Part shown: positions 38,514 to 50,989 of the stretch, piece after piece | Position numbering within the stretch: the first letter of the stretch is position 1 | Layout of the letters: every line of letters starts with the position of its first letter | DNA from: Mobula hypostoma | Lineage: Eukaryota | DNA length: 64,000 nucleotides | NCBI RefSeq assembly: GCF_963921235.1 | Contig: NC_086097.1 | Location: forward strand, 255,318,001 to 255,382,000 | Direction of reading: 5' to 3' | Translations under genes and position numbers: made by a program | The notes under the pieces: model-generated | Told to the model about the DNA's origin: nothing | Seen by the model: the letters and a program-made list of their open reading frames with translations, nothing else | Database searches by the model: none

Positions 38514-38934
38514 GTACCTCTTCCTAGAGATGCTGCCTGGCCTGCTGCGTTCACCAGTAACTTTGATGTGTGTTGCTAGGAAGATGGATGATTTACAAGA
38601 TTTTAAAAACCAACAAAAGGCAACTAAAAAAGCTGTAAGAAGGGAAAAGATGAAATATGAGGGCAAATTAGCCAATAATATAAAGCAGGATACCAAAAGT
38701 TTTTTCAGTTAGATAAAGAGTAAAAGGGAGGTGAGAGTTGATACTGGCTGACTGGAAAATAAATCTGGTGAGGTGGTAATGGGGGACAAAGAAATTGCAG
38801 ATGAATGTAATGGATACTTTACATCTGTCTTCACTGTGAAAGACGTTAGCAGTGTGTCAGAGGTCCGTGAGTGTCAGAGAGCAGGGATGAGTGCCATTGC
38901 TATTACAAAGGAAAAAGTGCAAGGCAAACTCAAA

Positions 38935-39033
38935 CAACACACATCAAAGTTGCTGGTGAACGCAGCAGGCCAAGCAGCATCTCTAGGAAGAGGTACAGTC
39001 GACGTTTCAGGCTGAGACCCTTCGTCAGGACTA
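38935..39033 (-). mobile_element. 99-bp PLE-terminus insertion with an intact hammerhead motif
   Basis: Perfect 10-bp TSD caaactcaaa (38925-38934 / 39034-39043) inside CR1 ORF2. Confidence 0.88.
38997..39032 (-). ncRNA. Minimal type-I hammerhead ribozyme motif, intact core, sense to CSPG5
   Basis: Reverse complement reads AGTC CTGACGA AGGGTCTCAGCCT GAAA CGTC GACT. Confidence 0.8.
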
Positions 39034-39306
39034 CAAACTCAAAGGTCTTAAAGTGGATAAATCACTTGGACCAGCTGGACTACATCCCAGAATCCTGAGA
39101 GAGGTTGCTGAAGAGATAACAGATGCATTCGTGGTGCCATAAGGAATGATAGTTCAAGAATCACTTGATTCTGGCATGGTCCCAGAGGACTGAAAAATTG
39201 CAAAAGTCACTCCACGCTTTATGAAGGGAGGAGGGCAAAAGAAAGGAAATTATAGGCCAGTTAGCCAAACCTCACTGGGTGGGAAAGTGTTGCAGTCAAT
39301 TATTAA

Positions 39307-40457
39307 CATAGAACACAGAATATAGAATAGTACAGCACAGTACAGGCCCTTCAATCCACAATGTTGTGCCGACCCTCAAACCTGCCTCCCATATAAGCCC
39401 CAACCTTAAATTCCTCCATATACCTGTCTAGTAGTCTTTTAAACTTCACTAGTGTATCTGCCTCCACCACTGACTCAGGCAGTGCATTCCACGTACCAAC
39501 CACTCTCTGAGTGAAAAACCTTCCTCTAATATACCCCTTGAACTTCCCACCCCTTACCTTAAAGCCATGTCTTCTTGTGTTGAGCAGTGGTGTCCTGGGG
39601 AAGAGGCGATGACTGTCCACTCTATCTATTCCTCTTAATATCTTGTATATCTCTATCATGTCTCCTCTCATCCTCCTTTTCTCCAAAAGTAAAGCCCTAG
39701 CTCCCTTAATCTCTGATTATAATGCGTACTCTCTAAACCAGGCAGCATCCTGGTAAATCTCCTCAGTATGCTTTCCAATGCTTCCACATCCTTCCTATAG
39801 TGAGGCAACCAGAACTGGACACAGTACTCCAAGTGTGGCCTAACCAGAGTTTTATAGAGCTGCATCATTACCTCATGACTCAAACTCTATCCCTCAACTT
39901 ATGAAAGCTAACACTCCATAAGCTTTCTTAACTACCCTATCTACCTGTGAGGCGACTTTCAGGGATCTGTGGACATGTACCCCGAGATCCCTCTGCTCCT
40001 CCACACTACCAAGTATCCTGCCATTTACTTTGTACTCTGCCTTGGAGTTTGCCTTCCAAAGTGTACCACCTCACACTTCTCCAGGTTGAACTCCATCTGC
40101 CACTTCTCAGCCCACTACTGCATCCTATCAATGTCTCTCTGCAATCTTCAACAATCCTCTGCACTATCCACAACACCACCAACCTTTGTGTCATCTGCAA
40201 ACTTGCCAACACACCCTTCTACCCCCACATCCAGGTCGTTAATAAAAATCACAAAAAGTAGAGGTCCCAGAACTGATCCTTGTGGGACACCACTAGTCAC
40301 GATCCTCCTATCCGAATGTATTCCCTCCACCACAACCCTCTGCTTTCTGCAGGCGAGCCATTTCTGAATCCACCTGGCCAAACTTCCCTGGATCCCATGC
40401 CTTCTGACTTTCTGAATAAGCCTACCGTGTGGAACCTTGTCAAATGCCTTACTAAAG
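39307..40457 (-). mobile_element. CR1 3' portion, same family as 16740-20567
   Basis: Shared 3' UTR and ORF2 C-terminus; RT motifs in 40148-40510. Confidence 0.88.
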
Positions 40458-40883
40458 ATGAGGTTTCCCGGTACTTGGAGACTGATGATAAAATAAGTCA
40501 AAGTCAGCATGGTTTCTGTAAAGGGAAATCTTGCCTGACAATTCTGTTAGAGTTCTTCGAGGAAGTAACAAACAGGGTGGACAAAGGAGAGGCAGTGAAT
40601 GTCATTTACTTGGATTTTCAAAAGGCATTTGATAATGTGCCACACATGAGGCCGCTACTTTTCACATTGTCTGTTAATGATTTGGATAATGGAATTGATG
40701 ACCATGTGGCAAAGTTTGCGGATGAGATGAAGATTGGCGGAGGAGAAGGTAATGTGATTACAGCAGGACTGAGACATTTTGGAAGAATGGGTAAAAAGAG
40801 GAATACAGCTGGAATACAATGTTGGGAAATGTATGATAATGAATTTTGGTAAAAGGAACAATGGTGTGGACTATTATCTAAAT

Positions 40884-43800
40884 AGTCATGGTGATGACTA
40901 GACTGAACTCCTGCCTCAGCAAGGACCTGGACACATTGCAATTTGCCTGTTGCCACAATAGGTCAATGGCAGATGCAATCTTAATGGCTCTTCACATGGC
41001 CATAGACCACTTGGACAACACAAACACCTACATCAGGATGCTGTTCATCAACTATAGCTCAGCATTTAATACCATCATTCCTACAATCCTGATTGAGAAG
41101 TTACAGAACCTGGGCCTTTGTAGCTCCCGCTGCAGCTGGATCCTCGACTTCCTAACTGGAAGACAACAATCTGTAATTGAATAATTACTTTGGTTCTGTC
41201 TTCAATAAGGAGGACATAAATAATCTTCCAGAAATAGTAAGGGACAGAGGGTCCAGTGAGATGGAGGAACTGAGTGAAATACATGTTAGTAGGGAAGTGG
41301 TGTTAGGTAAATTGAAGGGATTGAAGGCAGATAAATCCCCAGGGCCAGATGGTCTGCATCCTAGAGTGCTTAAGGAAGTAGCCCAAGAAATAGTGGATGC
41401 ATTAGTGTTAATTTTTCAAAACTCGTTAGATTCTGGACTAGTTCCTGAGGATTGGAGGGTGGCTAATGTAACCCCACTTTTTAAAAAAGGAGGGAGAGAG
41501 AAACCGGGGAATTATAGACCGGTTAGCCTAACGTCGGTGGTGGGGAAACTGCTGGAGTCAGTTATCAAGGATGTGATAACAGCACATTTGGAAAGCGGTG
41601 AAATCATCGGACAAAGTCAGCTTGGATTTGTGAAAGGAAAATCATGTCTGACGAATCTCATAGAATTTTTTGAGGATGTAACTAGTAGAGTGGATAGGGG
41701 AGAACCAGTGGATGTGGTATATTTGGATTTTCAAAAGGCTTTTGACAAGGTCCCACACAGGAGATTAGTGTGCAAACTTAAAGCACATGGTATTGGGGGT
41801 AAGGTATTGGTGTGGGTGGAGAATTGGTTAGCAGACAGGAAGCAAAGAGTGGGAATAAACGGGACCTTTTCAGAATGGCAGGCAGTGACTAGTGGGGTAC
41901 CGCAAGGCTCAGTGCTGGGACCCCAGTTGTTTACAATATATATTAATGACTTGGATGAGGGAATTAAATGCAGCATCTCCAAGTTTGCGGATGACACGAA
42001 GCTGGGTGGCAGTGTTAGCAGTGAGGAGGATGCTAAGAGGATGCAGGGTGACTTGGATAGGTTGGGTGAGTGGGCAAATTCATGGCAGATGCAATTTAAT
42101 GTGGATAAATGTGAAGTTATCCACTTTGGTGGCAAAAATAGGAAAACAGATTATTATCTGAATGGTGGCCGATTAGGAAAAGGGGAGGTGCAACGAGACC
42201 TGGGTGTCATTATACACCAGTCATTGAAAGTGGGCATGCAGCTACAGCAGGCGGTGAAAAAGGCAAATGGTATGCTGGCATTTATAGCGAGAGGATTCGA
42301 GTACAGGAGCAGGGAGGTACTACTGCAGTTGTACAAGGCCTTGGTGAGACCACACCTGGAGTATTGTGTGCAGTTTTGGTCCCCTAATCTGAGGAAAGAC
42401 ATCTTTGCCATAGAGGGAGTACAAAGAAGGTTCACCAGGTTGATTCCTGGGATGGCAGGACTTTCATATGAAGAAAGACTGGATGAACTGGGCTTGTACT
42501 CGTTGGAATTTAGAAGATTGAGGGGGGATCTGATTGAAACGTATAAGATCCTAAAGGGATTGGACAGGCTAGATGCAGGAAGATTGTTCCCGATGTTGGG
42601 GAAGTCCAGAACGAGGGGTCACAGTTTGAGGATAGAGGGGAAGCCTTTTAGGACCGAGATTAGGAAAAACTTCTTCACACAGAGAGTGGTGAATCTGTGG
42701 AATTCTCTGCCACAGGAAACTGTTGAGGCCAGTTCATTGGCTATGTTTAAGAGGGAGTTAGATATGGCCCTTGTGGCTACAGGGGTCAGGGGGTATGGAG
42801 GGAAGACTGGGGCGGGGTTCTGAGTTGGATGATCAGCCATGATCATAATAAATGGCGGTGCAGGCTCGAAGGGCCGAATGGCCTACTCCTGCACCTATTT
42901 TCTATGTTTCTATGTTTCTGTGTGAATTGGTGATAACATACCCTCCTCGTTGACGATCAATACTGGCGGACCTCAGGGGTGTGTGTTTAGCCCACTGCTC
43001 TACTCTCTCTATACACATGACTGTGTGGCTAGGCATAGCTCAAGTACCATCTATAAATTTGCTGATGGTAGAATCTCGGTGGTGATGAGAGGGCGTACAG
43101 GAGTGAGATATGCCAACTAGTGGAGTGGTGCCGCAGCAACAACCTGGCACTCAACATCAGTAAGACGAAAGAGCTGATTGTGGACTTCAGGAGGGTAGGA
43201 ACACATACCAATCCTCATAGAGGGATCCAAAGTGGAGAGAGTGAGCAGTTTCAAGTTCTCGGGTGTTAAGATTTCTGAGGACCTAACCTAGTCCCAACAT
43301 ATCGATGTGGTTATAAAGAAAGCAAAATAGCAACTATTGTATACTTCATTAGGAGTTTGAAGAGATTTGGTATGTCAACAAATATATTCAAAAACTTTTG
43401 TAGAGCATTCTGACAGGCTGCATCACTGTCTGGTATGGAGGGGCTACTGCACAGGACCGAAAGAAGCTGCAGAAGGTTGTAAATCTAGTCAGCTCCATCT
43501 TGGGTACTAGCCTACAAAGTACCCAGGATATCTTCAGGGACTGGTGTCTCAGAAAAGCAGCATCCATTACTAAGGACCTCCAGCACCCAGGGCATGCTCT
43601 TTTCTCACTGTTACCATCAGGCAGGACATACAGAAGCCTGAAGGCACACACTCAGTGATTCAGGAACAGCTTCTTCCCCTCTGCCAACCGATTCTGAAAT
43701 GGACATTGAAACAGTGAACACTACCTCACTTTTTAATATATAGTATTTCTGTTTTTTGAACAATTTTTAATCTATTCAATATATGTGTACTGTAATTGAC

Positions 43801-43917
43801 TTACTTATATATTTTTTTTTTCTTCTTCTATATTATATATTGTGGTGAACTGCTGCTGCTAAGCTAACGAATTTAACGACACATGCCGGTGATAATAAAC
43901 CTGATTCTGGTTCTGAT
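40884..43917 (+). mobile_element. Rex1/Babar-type LINE RT region and 3' end, split by a young CR1
   Basis: [29 protein letters not shown] (40888-41184); GGPQGCV.SPLLYSLYTHDC after 42920; (GATTCT)n tail; 7-bp TSD tctaaat (40877-40883 / 43918-43924). Confidence 0.82.
41175..42918 (+). mobile_element. Young 5'-truncated CR1 with uninterrupted 548-aa RT ORF
   Basis: ORF 41177-42823 with YRPVSLTS, YLDFQKAFD, GVPQGS, FADD; intact 3' hairpin and (CTATGTTT)n tail. Confidence 0.95.
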
Positions 43918-43974
43918 TCTAAATGGTGAGAAGGTTCAAACATCAGAGGTGCAGTCTCATGCAAGACTCCCAGA

Positions 43975-46695
43975 CTGTTAATCACACAACACCCTAAGAT
44001 AGCCTTTCCCTGAGTAGGCTCAAGCACAAACTGCTCTAAAAAGCCATCTCATATGCATTCTAGTACTTTTTGCTGCCTTCCTCCTTTCTTAAAGAGTGAA
44101 GTGACATTTGCAATTTTCCAGTCCTTTGGCACCATGCCTGAGTCCAACGATGTTTGAAAGATCATTTCTAATGCCACCACACTCTCTAATACTACCTCTT
44201 TCAGAACCCTATGATGCAGTTCATCTGGTCTGGATGACTTATGTACCTTTAGGTCTTTCAGTTTTTTGAGAACCTTTCCTCTTATAATAGTAACTGCACC
44301 CACTTCTCTTCAATAGACAATAGGTGCAGGAGTAGGCCATTCGGCCCTTTGAGCCAGCAGCACCATTCACTGTGATCATGGCTGATCATCCACAATCAGT
44401 ACCACGTTCCTGCCTTCTCCCCGTATCCCTTGACTCCACTATCATTCAGAGCTCTATCTAACTCTTTCTTGAAAGCATCCAGAGAATTAGCCTCCTTCCT
44501 TCACACACTACAACATCAGGCATACTGCTAGTGTCTTCCACAGTGAAGACTGATGCAAAACACTCATTTAGTTAATCAGCCATCTCTTTGTCCCCTGTTA
44601 TTATTTCTCCTATCTCATTTTCCAGCAGTCATCTAGCTACTCACCTCCTGCAACTTCAGGGTGACTGCTTCCCTGTAACTTTGATCAATTACCTCCTCAC
44701 TCTCCCGTACAAGTCAAAGGTCATGCAGTTGCTGCTCCAGATCCCTAACACGGTCTTCAAGGAGATGCAGCCAGATACACTTCACACAGATATAGTTCCC
44801 CGGGAGACTCCCAGTTCTCCAACATCTGGCATGAAGAACACACCACAGCCATGTAAATGGTACAGTAAGAGAGGGGAAAAAAAACAAAAGGAAACTTTAA
44901 CAGATACTTTACACAGAGCCGATGCCTCTTCCAAGCTGAAGCCTCCTTTGAGCCAAAGTCTGTTGCTTATACTCCCGCCAATGGCCACCCCGACAATGGC
45001 TGCACCGCCTATCCCTTCTGTACTTTTATTTAGTTCGTAGAGCTTAGTTGACGCCACTGATAGGCCCCGTAGAATGAACAAACACCGTGAAGCTCTCTTT
45101 TTAAATAACCACTGCCTAACTGTGAGAAACACCACTTCGTAGAGCTCTGTTGATGCCGCTAATTGGCCCTGTATAATGAAGTATAGCCAATATCTTGGCT
45201 TCTTTTTGCTGCATCAATATGTTGGGACCAGGTTAGGTCCTCAGAGATCTTGACACCCAGGAACTTGAAACTGCTCACTCTCTCCGCTTCTGATCCCTCA
45301 ATGACGATTGGTAGGTGTTCCTTCCTCTTACCCTTCCTGCAGTCCTCAATCAGCTCTTTCATCTTATTGACCTTGAGTGCCAGGCTGTTGCTGTGACACC
45401 ATTCCACTAGTTGGCAAGTCAATATTCATGCCATCAGGTTGGAGGCTACCAGACGGAATATAAGGTGTTCTTCCTCCAACCTGAGTGTGGCTTCATCTTT
45501 ACAGTAAAGGAGGCCATGGATAGACATATCAGAATGGGAATGGGACATGGAATTAAAATGTGTGGCCATTGGGAGATCCTGCTTTCTCTAGCAGACAGAG
45601 TGTAGGTGTTCAGCGAAACGATCTATGGTTTCCACATCCTTTCTATAGTGAGGCAACCAGAATTGAGCAGAGTACTCCAAGTGGGGTTTGACCAGGGTCC
45701 TATATAGCTGCAACATTACCTCTCGGCTCTCAAACTCAATCCCACGATTGATGAAGGCCAATGCACCGTACGCCTTCTTAACCACAGAGTCAACCTGCAC
45801 AGCAGCTTTTGAGTGTCCTATGGACTCGGACCCCAAGATCCCTCTGATCCTCCACACTGCCAAGAGTCTTACCATTAATACTATATTCTGCTACCATATT
45901 TGACCTACCAAAATAAACCACCTCACACTTATCTGGGTTGAACTCCATTGCCACTTCTCAGCCCAGTTTTGCATCCTATCAATGTCCCGTTGTAACCACT
46001 GACAGCCCTCCACACTATCCACAACACCCCCAACCTTTGTGTTATCAGAAAATTTACCAACCCATCCCTCCACTTCCTCATCCAGGTCATTTATAAGAAT
46101 CATGAAGAGTAAGGGTCCCAGAACAGATCCCTGAGGCGCACCACTGGTCACCGACCTCCATGCAGAATATGACCCATCTACAACCACTCTTTGCCTTCTG
46201 TGGGCAAGTAAGTTCTGGATCCACAAAGCAATGTCCCCTTAGATTCCATGCCTCCTTACTTTCTCAATAAGCCTTGCATGGGGTACCTTATCAAATGCCT
46301 TGCTGAAATCCATATACACTACATCTACGGCTCGACCTTCATCAATGGGCTTAGTCACATCCTCAAAAAATTCAATCAGGTTCGTAAGGCATGACCTACC
46401 TTTGACAAAGCCATGCTGACTATACCTAATCGTATTATGCCTCTCCAAATGTTCATAACTCCTGCCTCTCAGGATCTTCCCCATCAACTTACCAACCACT
46501 GAAATAAGACTCACTGGCCTATAATTTCCTGGGCTCTCCCTACTCTCTTTCTTGTATAAAGGAACAACATCTGCAACCCTCCAATCCTCCGGAACCTCTC
46601 CCATCCTCATTGATGATGCAAGGATCATTGCCAGAGGCTCAACAATCTCCTCCCTCGCTTTCCACAGTAGCCTGGGGTACATCCCCTCTGGTCTG
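43975..46695 (-). mobile_element. Mosaic of CR1 (43975-45130, 45620-46695), Rex1-type (45170-45418) and PLE (45420-45620) fragments
   Basis: ORFs 44049-44303, 45159-45422 (LALKVNKMKELI..FKFLGV), 45588-46703 (CR1 RT); PLE GIY-YIG end at 45420-45620. Confidence 0.75.
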
Positions 46696-47500
46696 TTTTT
46701 CAAGACAGCCTAACATCGGGCTCTGAGATGGAGATCACAGGGTCATCAGGTGCAGTAGGGATCCTCACAGCTGTAGTCCTGTTCTTCCTTTCAACGTGGG
46801 CATAGAAGGTGTTGAGTTCATCTGGTAGTGTAGCATCGCTGCCATTCATGCTATTGGGTTTCGCGTTGTAGGAAGTAACGTCTTGCAGACCCTGCCAGAG
46901 TGGCCGTACATCCGATATTGCCTCCAAACTCGTTTGAAATTGTCTCTTCGCCCTTGAAATATCCCTCTGCAGATCATTCCTGGTTTTCTGGTACAGGCCT
47001 GGGTCGCCAGACTTGAATGCCACAGATCTAGCCTTCAGCAGACGATGTACCTCTTGGTTCATCCATGGCTTTTGGTTTGGGAATGTACGTAAGTCTTTGT
47101 AGGCGTACACTCATGCGTACAGATTTTAATGAAGTCGGTAGCAACTGCAGCAAACTCATCCAGGTTCAAAGATGAATTGCTAAATACTGTCCAGTCCACC
47201 AATTCAAAGCAGTCCTGTAGGTGTTCCTGTGCTTCCCTTGTCCACACCTTCTCGGTCCTCACTGCTGGTGCTGCAGTCTTCAGTCTCTGCCTATACTCAG
47301 GGAGTAGAAGTACAGCCAGGTGATCAGACTTCCCGAAGTGAGGACATGGAATAACACGGTAGGCATTCTTGATGGTGGTGTAGCAAAGGTCCAGTGTGTT
47401 GTTTCCTCTGGTATTGCAAGTGATCTGTTGATGGTATTTGCTTAGTGATTTTTTCCCCCAGGAAACCAATTTCCCCCGGGATCAATAAAGTATGACTATG
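46696..47500 (-). mobile_element. Rex1/Babar-type LINE endonuclease-linker fragment, adjoined by an oppositely oriented 3' tail at 47461-47500
   Basis: TRGNNTLDLCYT..FGKSDH and FPNQKPWMN motifs (ORFs 47059-47469, 46700-47110). Confidence 0.72.
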
Positions 47501-49390
47501 ATTGGGACTATGGCAGGGAACATAAAAACGGACTGTAAAAGCTTTTATAGATATGTAAAAAGGAAAAGACTGGTAAAGACAAATGTAGGTCCCCTGCAGA
47601 CAGAAACAGGTGAATTGATTATGGGGAGCAAGGACATGGCAGACCAATTGAATAGTTACTTTGGTTCTGTCTTCACTAAGGAGGACATAAATAATCTTCC
47701 AGAAATAGTAAGGGACTGAGGGTCCAGTGGGATGGAGGAACTGAGCGAAATACATGTTAGTAGGGAAGTGGTGTTAGGTAAATTGAAGGGATTGAAGGCA
47801 GATAAATCCCCAGGGCCAGATGGTCTGCATCCTAGAGTGCTTAAGGAAGTAGCCCAAGAAATAGTGGATGCATTAGTGATAATTTTTCAAAACTCGTTAG
47901 ATTCTGGACTAGTTCCTGAGGATTGGAGGGTGGCTAATGTAACTCCACTTTTTAAAAAAGGAGGGAGAGAGAAACCGGGGAATTATAGACCGGTTAGCCT
48001 AACGTCGGTGGTGGGGAACCTGCTGGAGTCAGTTATCAAGGATGTGATAACAGCACATTTGGAAAGCGGTGAAATGATCGGACAAAGTCAGCATGGATTT
48101 GTGAAAGGAAAATCATGTCTGACGAATCTCATAGAATTTTTTGAGGATGTAACTAGTAGAGTGGATAGGGGAGAACCAGTGGATGTGGTATATTTGGATT
48201 TTCAAAAGGCTTTTGACAAGGTCCCACACAGGAGATTAGTGTGCAAACTTAAAGCATACGGTATTGGGGGTAAGGTATTGGTGTGGGTGGAGAATTGGTA
48301 AGCAGACAGGAAGCAAAGAGTGGGAATAAACGGGACCTTTTCAGAATGGCAGGCAGTGACTAGTGGGGTACCGCAAGGCTCAGTGCTGGGACCCCAGTTG
48401 TTTACAATATATATTAATGACTTGGATGAGGGAATTAAATGCGGCATCTCCAAGTTTGCGGATGACACGAAGCTGGGTGGCAGTGTTAGCTGTGAGGAGG
48501 ATGCCAAGAGGATGCAGGGTGACTTGGATAGGTTGGGTGAGTGGGCAAATTCATGGCAGATGCAATTTAATGTCGATAAATGTGAAGTTATCCACTTTGG
48601 TGGCAAAAATAGGAAAACAGATTATTATCTGAATGGTGGCCGATTAGGAAAAGGGGAGGTGCAACGAGACCTGGGTGTCATTATACACCAGTCATTGAAA
48701 GTGGGCATGCAGGTACAGCAGGCGGTGAAAAAGGCGAATGGTATGCTGGCATTTATAGCGAGAGGTTTTGAGTACAGGAGCAGGAAGGTACTACTGCAGT
48801 TGTACAAGGCCTTGGTGAGACCACACCTGGAGTATTGTGTGCAGTTTTGGTCCCCTAATCTGAGGAAAGACATCCTTGCCATAGAGGGAGTACAAAGAAG
48901 ATTCACCAGATTGATTCCTGGGATGGCAGGACTTTCATATGAAGAAAGACTGGATGAACTGGGCTTGTACCCGTTGGAATTTAGAAGATTGAGGGGGGAT
49001 CTGATTGAAACGTATAAGATCCTAAAGGGATTGGACAGGCTAGATGCAGAAAGATTGTTCCCGATGTTGGGGAAGTCCAGAACGAGGGGCCACAGTTTGA
49101 GGATAGAGGGGAAGCCTTTTAGGACCGAGATTAGGAAAAACTTCTTCACACAGAGATTGGTGAATCTGTGGAATTCTCTGCCACAGGAAACAGTTGAGGC
49201 CAGTTCATTGGCTATATTTAAGAGGGAGTTAGATATGGCCCTTGTGGCTACGGGGGTCAGGGGGTATGGAGGGAAGGCTGGGGCGGGGTTCTGAGTTGGA
49301 TGATCAGCCATGACCATAATAAATGGCGGTGCAGGCTCGAAGGGCCGAATGGCCTACTCCTGCATCTATTTTCTATGTTTCTATGTTTCT
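47500..49390 (+). mobile_element. Young 5'-truncated CR1, near-identical to 41175-42918
   Basis: Same reading frame with in-frame stops ending at 47719 and 48301; intact 3' end. Confidence 0.95.
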
Positions 49391-49544
49391 ATTCTCTGAC
49401 CCTATGTCACCTCTTTCTAAAGAAGTAATTCCATCTCTTACCAACAGAGCTACAGCACCGCTTAATACTTCCTGCCTGTCCTTTCAATGTGAAGTATATC
49501 CTTTGATGTCAAGCTCCCAACCATGACCTTCCTTCAGCCATGAA

Positions 49545-50200
49545 CTGCTGCTCTCACCATATTAGCTGACCTAGTCACCATACTAACTGCCCCACTCTCC
49601 ATGCTGACTGTCCCTCTCACCACACTAACTGCAAACCTGACCATGCTAACTGCCCTAGTCTCCATAATAACTGCCGCACTCTATACTAACCTCTCCACTC
49701 CCCATATTAATAGCCCCACTCACCATACTAACAAACCCACTCACCATACCATTGGCCCCACTCACCATACTAATGGCCCCACTCCATACTAACTACCCCA
49801 CTCACCATGCTAACTGTCCATTCACCATACTAACTACCCCACACTATACTAACTGCTCCTCTCACCATACTAAGTGCTCCACTCACCATGCTAAATGCCC
49901 TGTCACCATATTAGCTGCCCCATGCCATGCTAACAGCCCCACTCACCATACTAACTGACCCATTCTTTAGTAACTGCTCAACTCACCATACTGACTGTCC
50001 CACTCAGCATACTAAATGCCCCACTCATATTACTAACTATGCTACTCCATGCTAATTGCCCCACTCACTCATTGTTCCACTCACATTACTAACTGCCCTA
50101 GTGACCATGCTAACTGCCCTAGTGACTATGCTAACTGCCCTAGTGACCATGCTAACTGCCCCACTCAGCAGAGTAACTGCTCCACTTGTCATAGTACCAG
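49545..50200. repeat. Second array of the ~21-bp minisatellite (ccccactcaccatactaactg)
   Basis: Same unit as 35005-35480, with three near-exact terminal units (atgctaactgccctagtgac) at ~50090-50160. Confidence 0.85.
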
Positions 50201-50989
50201 ATGGCGACCAGGGTCGACACTGATATGAATTCTAGTTTTAGCTTAAGCTGTGGATTGCTGAGTTGCCAGGCGAGGTAGAGGGAATGCAATGGCAGTGCTT
50301 CAACACTTGGACAGTACGCAGATAGGGAAGGTTAATGGTATCGGTGTATGACATAAAACAGTTTGGGAACCCCTGGTTCAAATGGATATGGGGAAGTGGC
50401 ATCTTTGTTGGCATGGACCAGCTGGGCCTGTTTCTGTGTTCTACAACAATGAATTGATTTATGTTCCAACTCCCAACCTGACAAGATCTAAACATTATTT
50501 CTTGCTACTCAATGGTATTACCATTCTCGAGTCAACTCCTCCCTCATTACCATTAACTTGCTGGGAGCCAGCGTTGAACAGAATCTTAGTTGCATTGATA
50601 GCAGGTCAGACACTGAGCCCCCTCTGTGAGGGGGCAGTCAGTGCCGTAGAGTAGGGAAGGGCTATAAGTGGAGTTGTGAGGAGGTAACAGGGTCACAGTT
50701 AGAAAACGGCGAGAGTGGAAGAGTGAGGAGAGAATGAATTATAGACCAGGAGGAAGGGGGAAGCAGTGAGGAGTGAGGGAGAGTGAGTGACAGAGTACGA
50801 GGCAGAGGGGAGCAGTGAGGAGTCAGAAGGAAGCAGTAAAGAGGTAAGAGGTGCATTAGGAAATGACGATTTGGTTTCTCACACACATATCTGCTGTTAA
50901 ATAAGCTAATGTTCACCTTCCAGTTGCATTCCTACATTCATCAACATCCCTGAGTCCCCAGAATATAACAGAAAAATGGTAGGAAATTA

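Larger units (their letters stand above)
37700..38577. mobile_element. Head-to-head inverted pair of PLE terminal repeats (~420-bp arms)
   Basis: 37737-38147 is the reverse complement of ~38160-38577; each arm contains a hammerhead motif. Confidence 0.88.
35520..43975 (+). mobile_element. Old CR1 LINE fragmented by at least four younger insertions
   Basis: ORF1 Zn finger/esterase 35700-36650, endonuclease 36830-37400, ORF2 continuing at 38578-39305, 40455-40883 and 43918-43975. Confidence 0.75.

Noticed and set aside
41177..42823. Long RT ORFs (also 54722-56653 and 17838-19367) as host or domesticated genes
   Set aside because: Ordinary CR1 ORF2 with 3' tails, 5' truncation or stops, and multiple close copies.
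41175..49390. Assembly or segmental duplication of the two CR1 copies
   Set aside because: Different flanks and 5' ends plus scattered substitutions indicate independent insertions.
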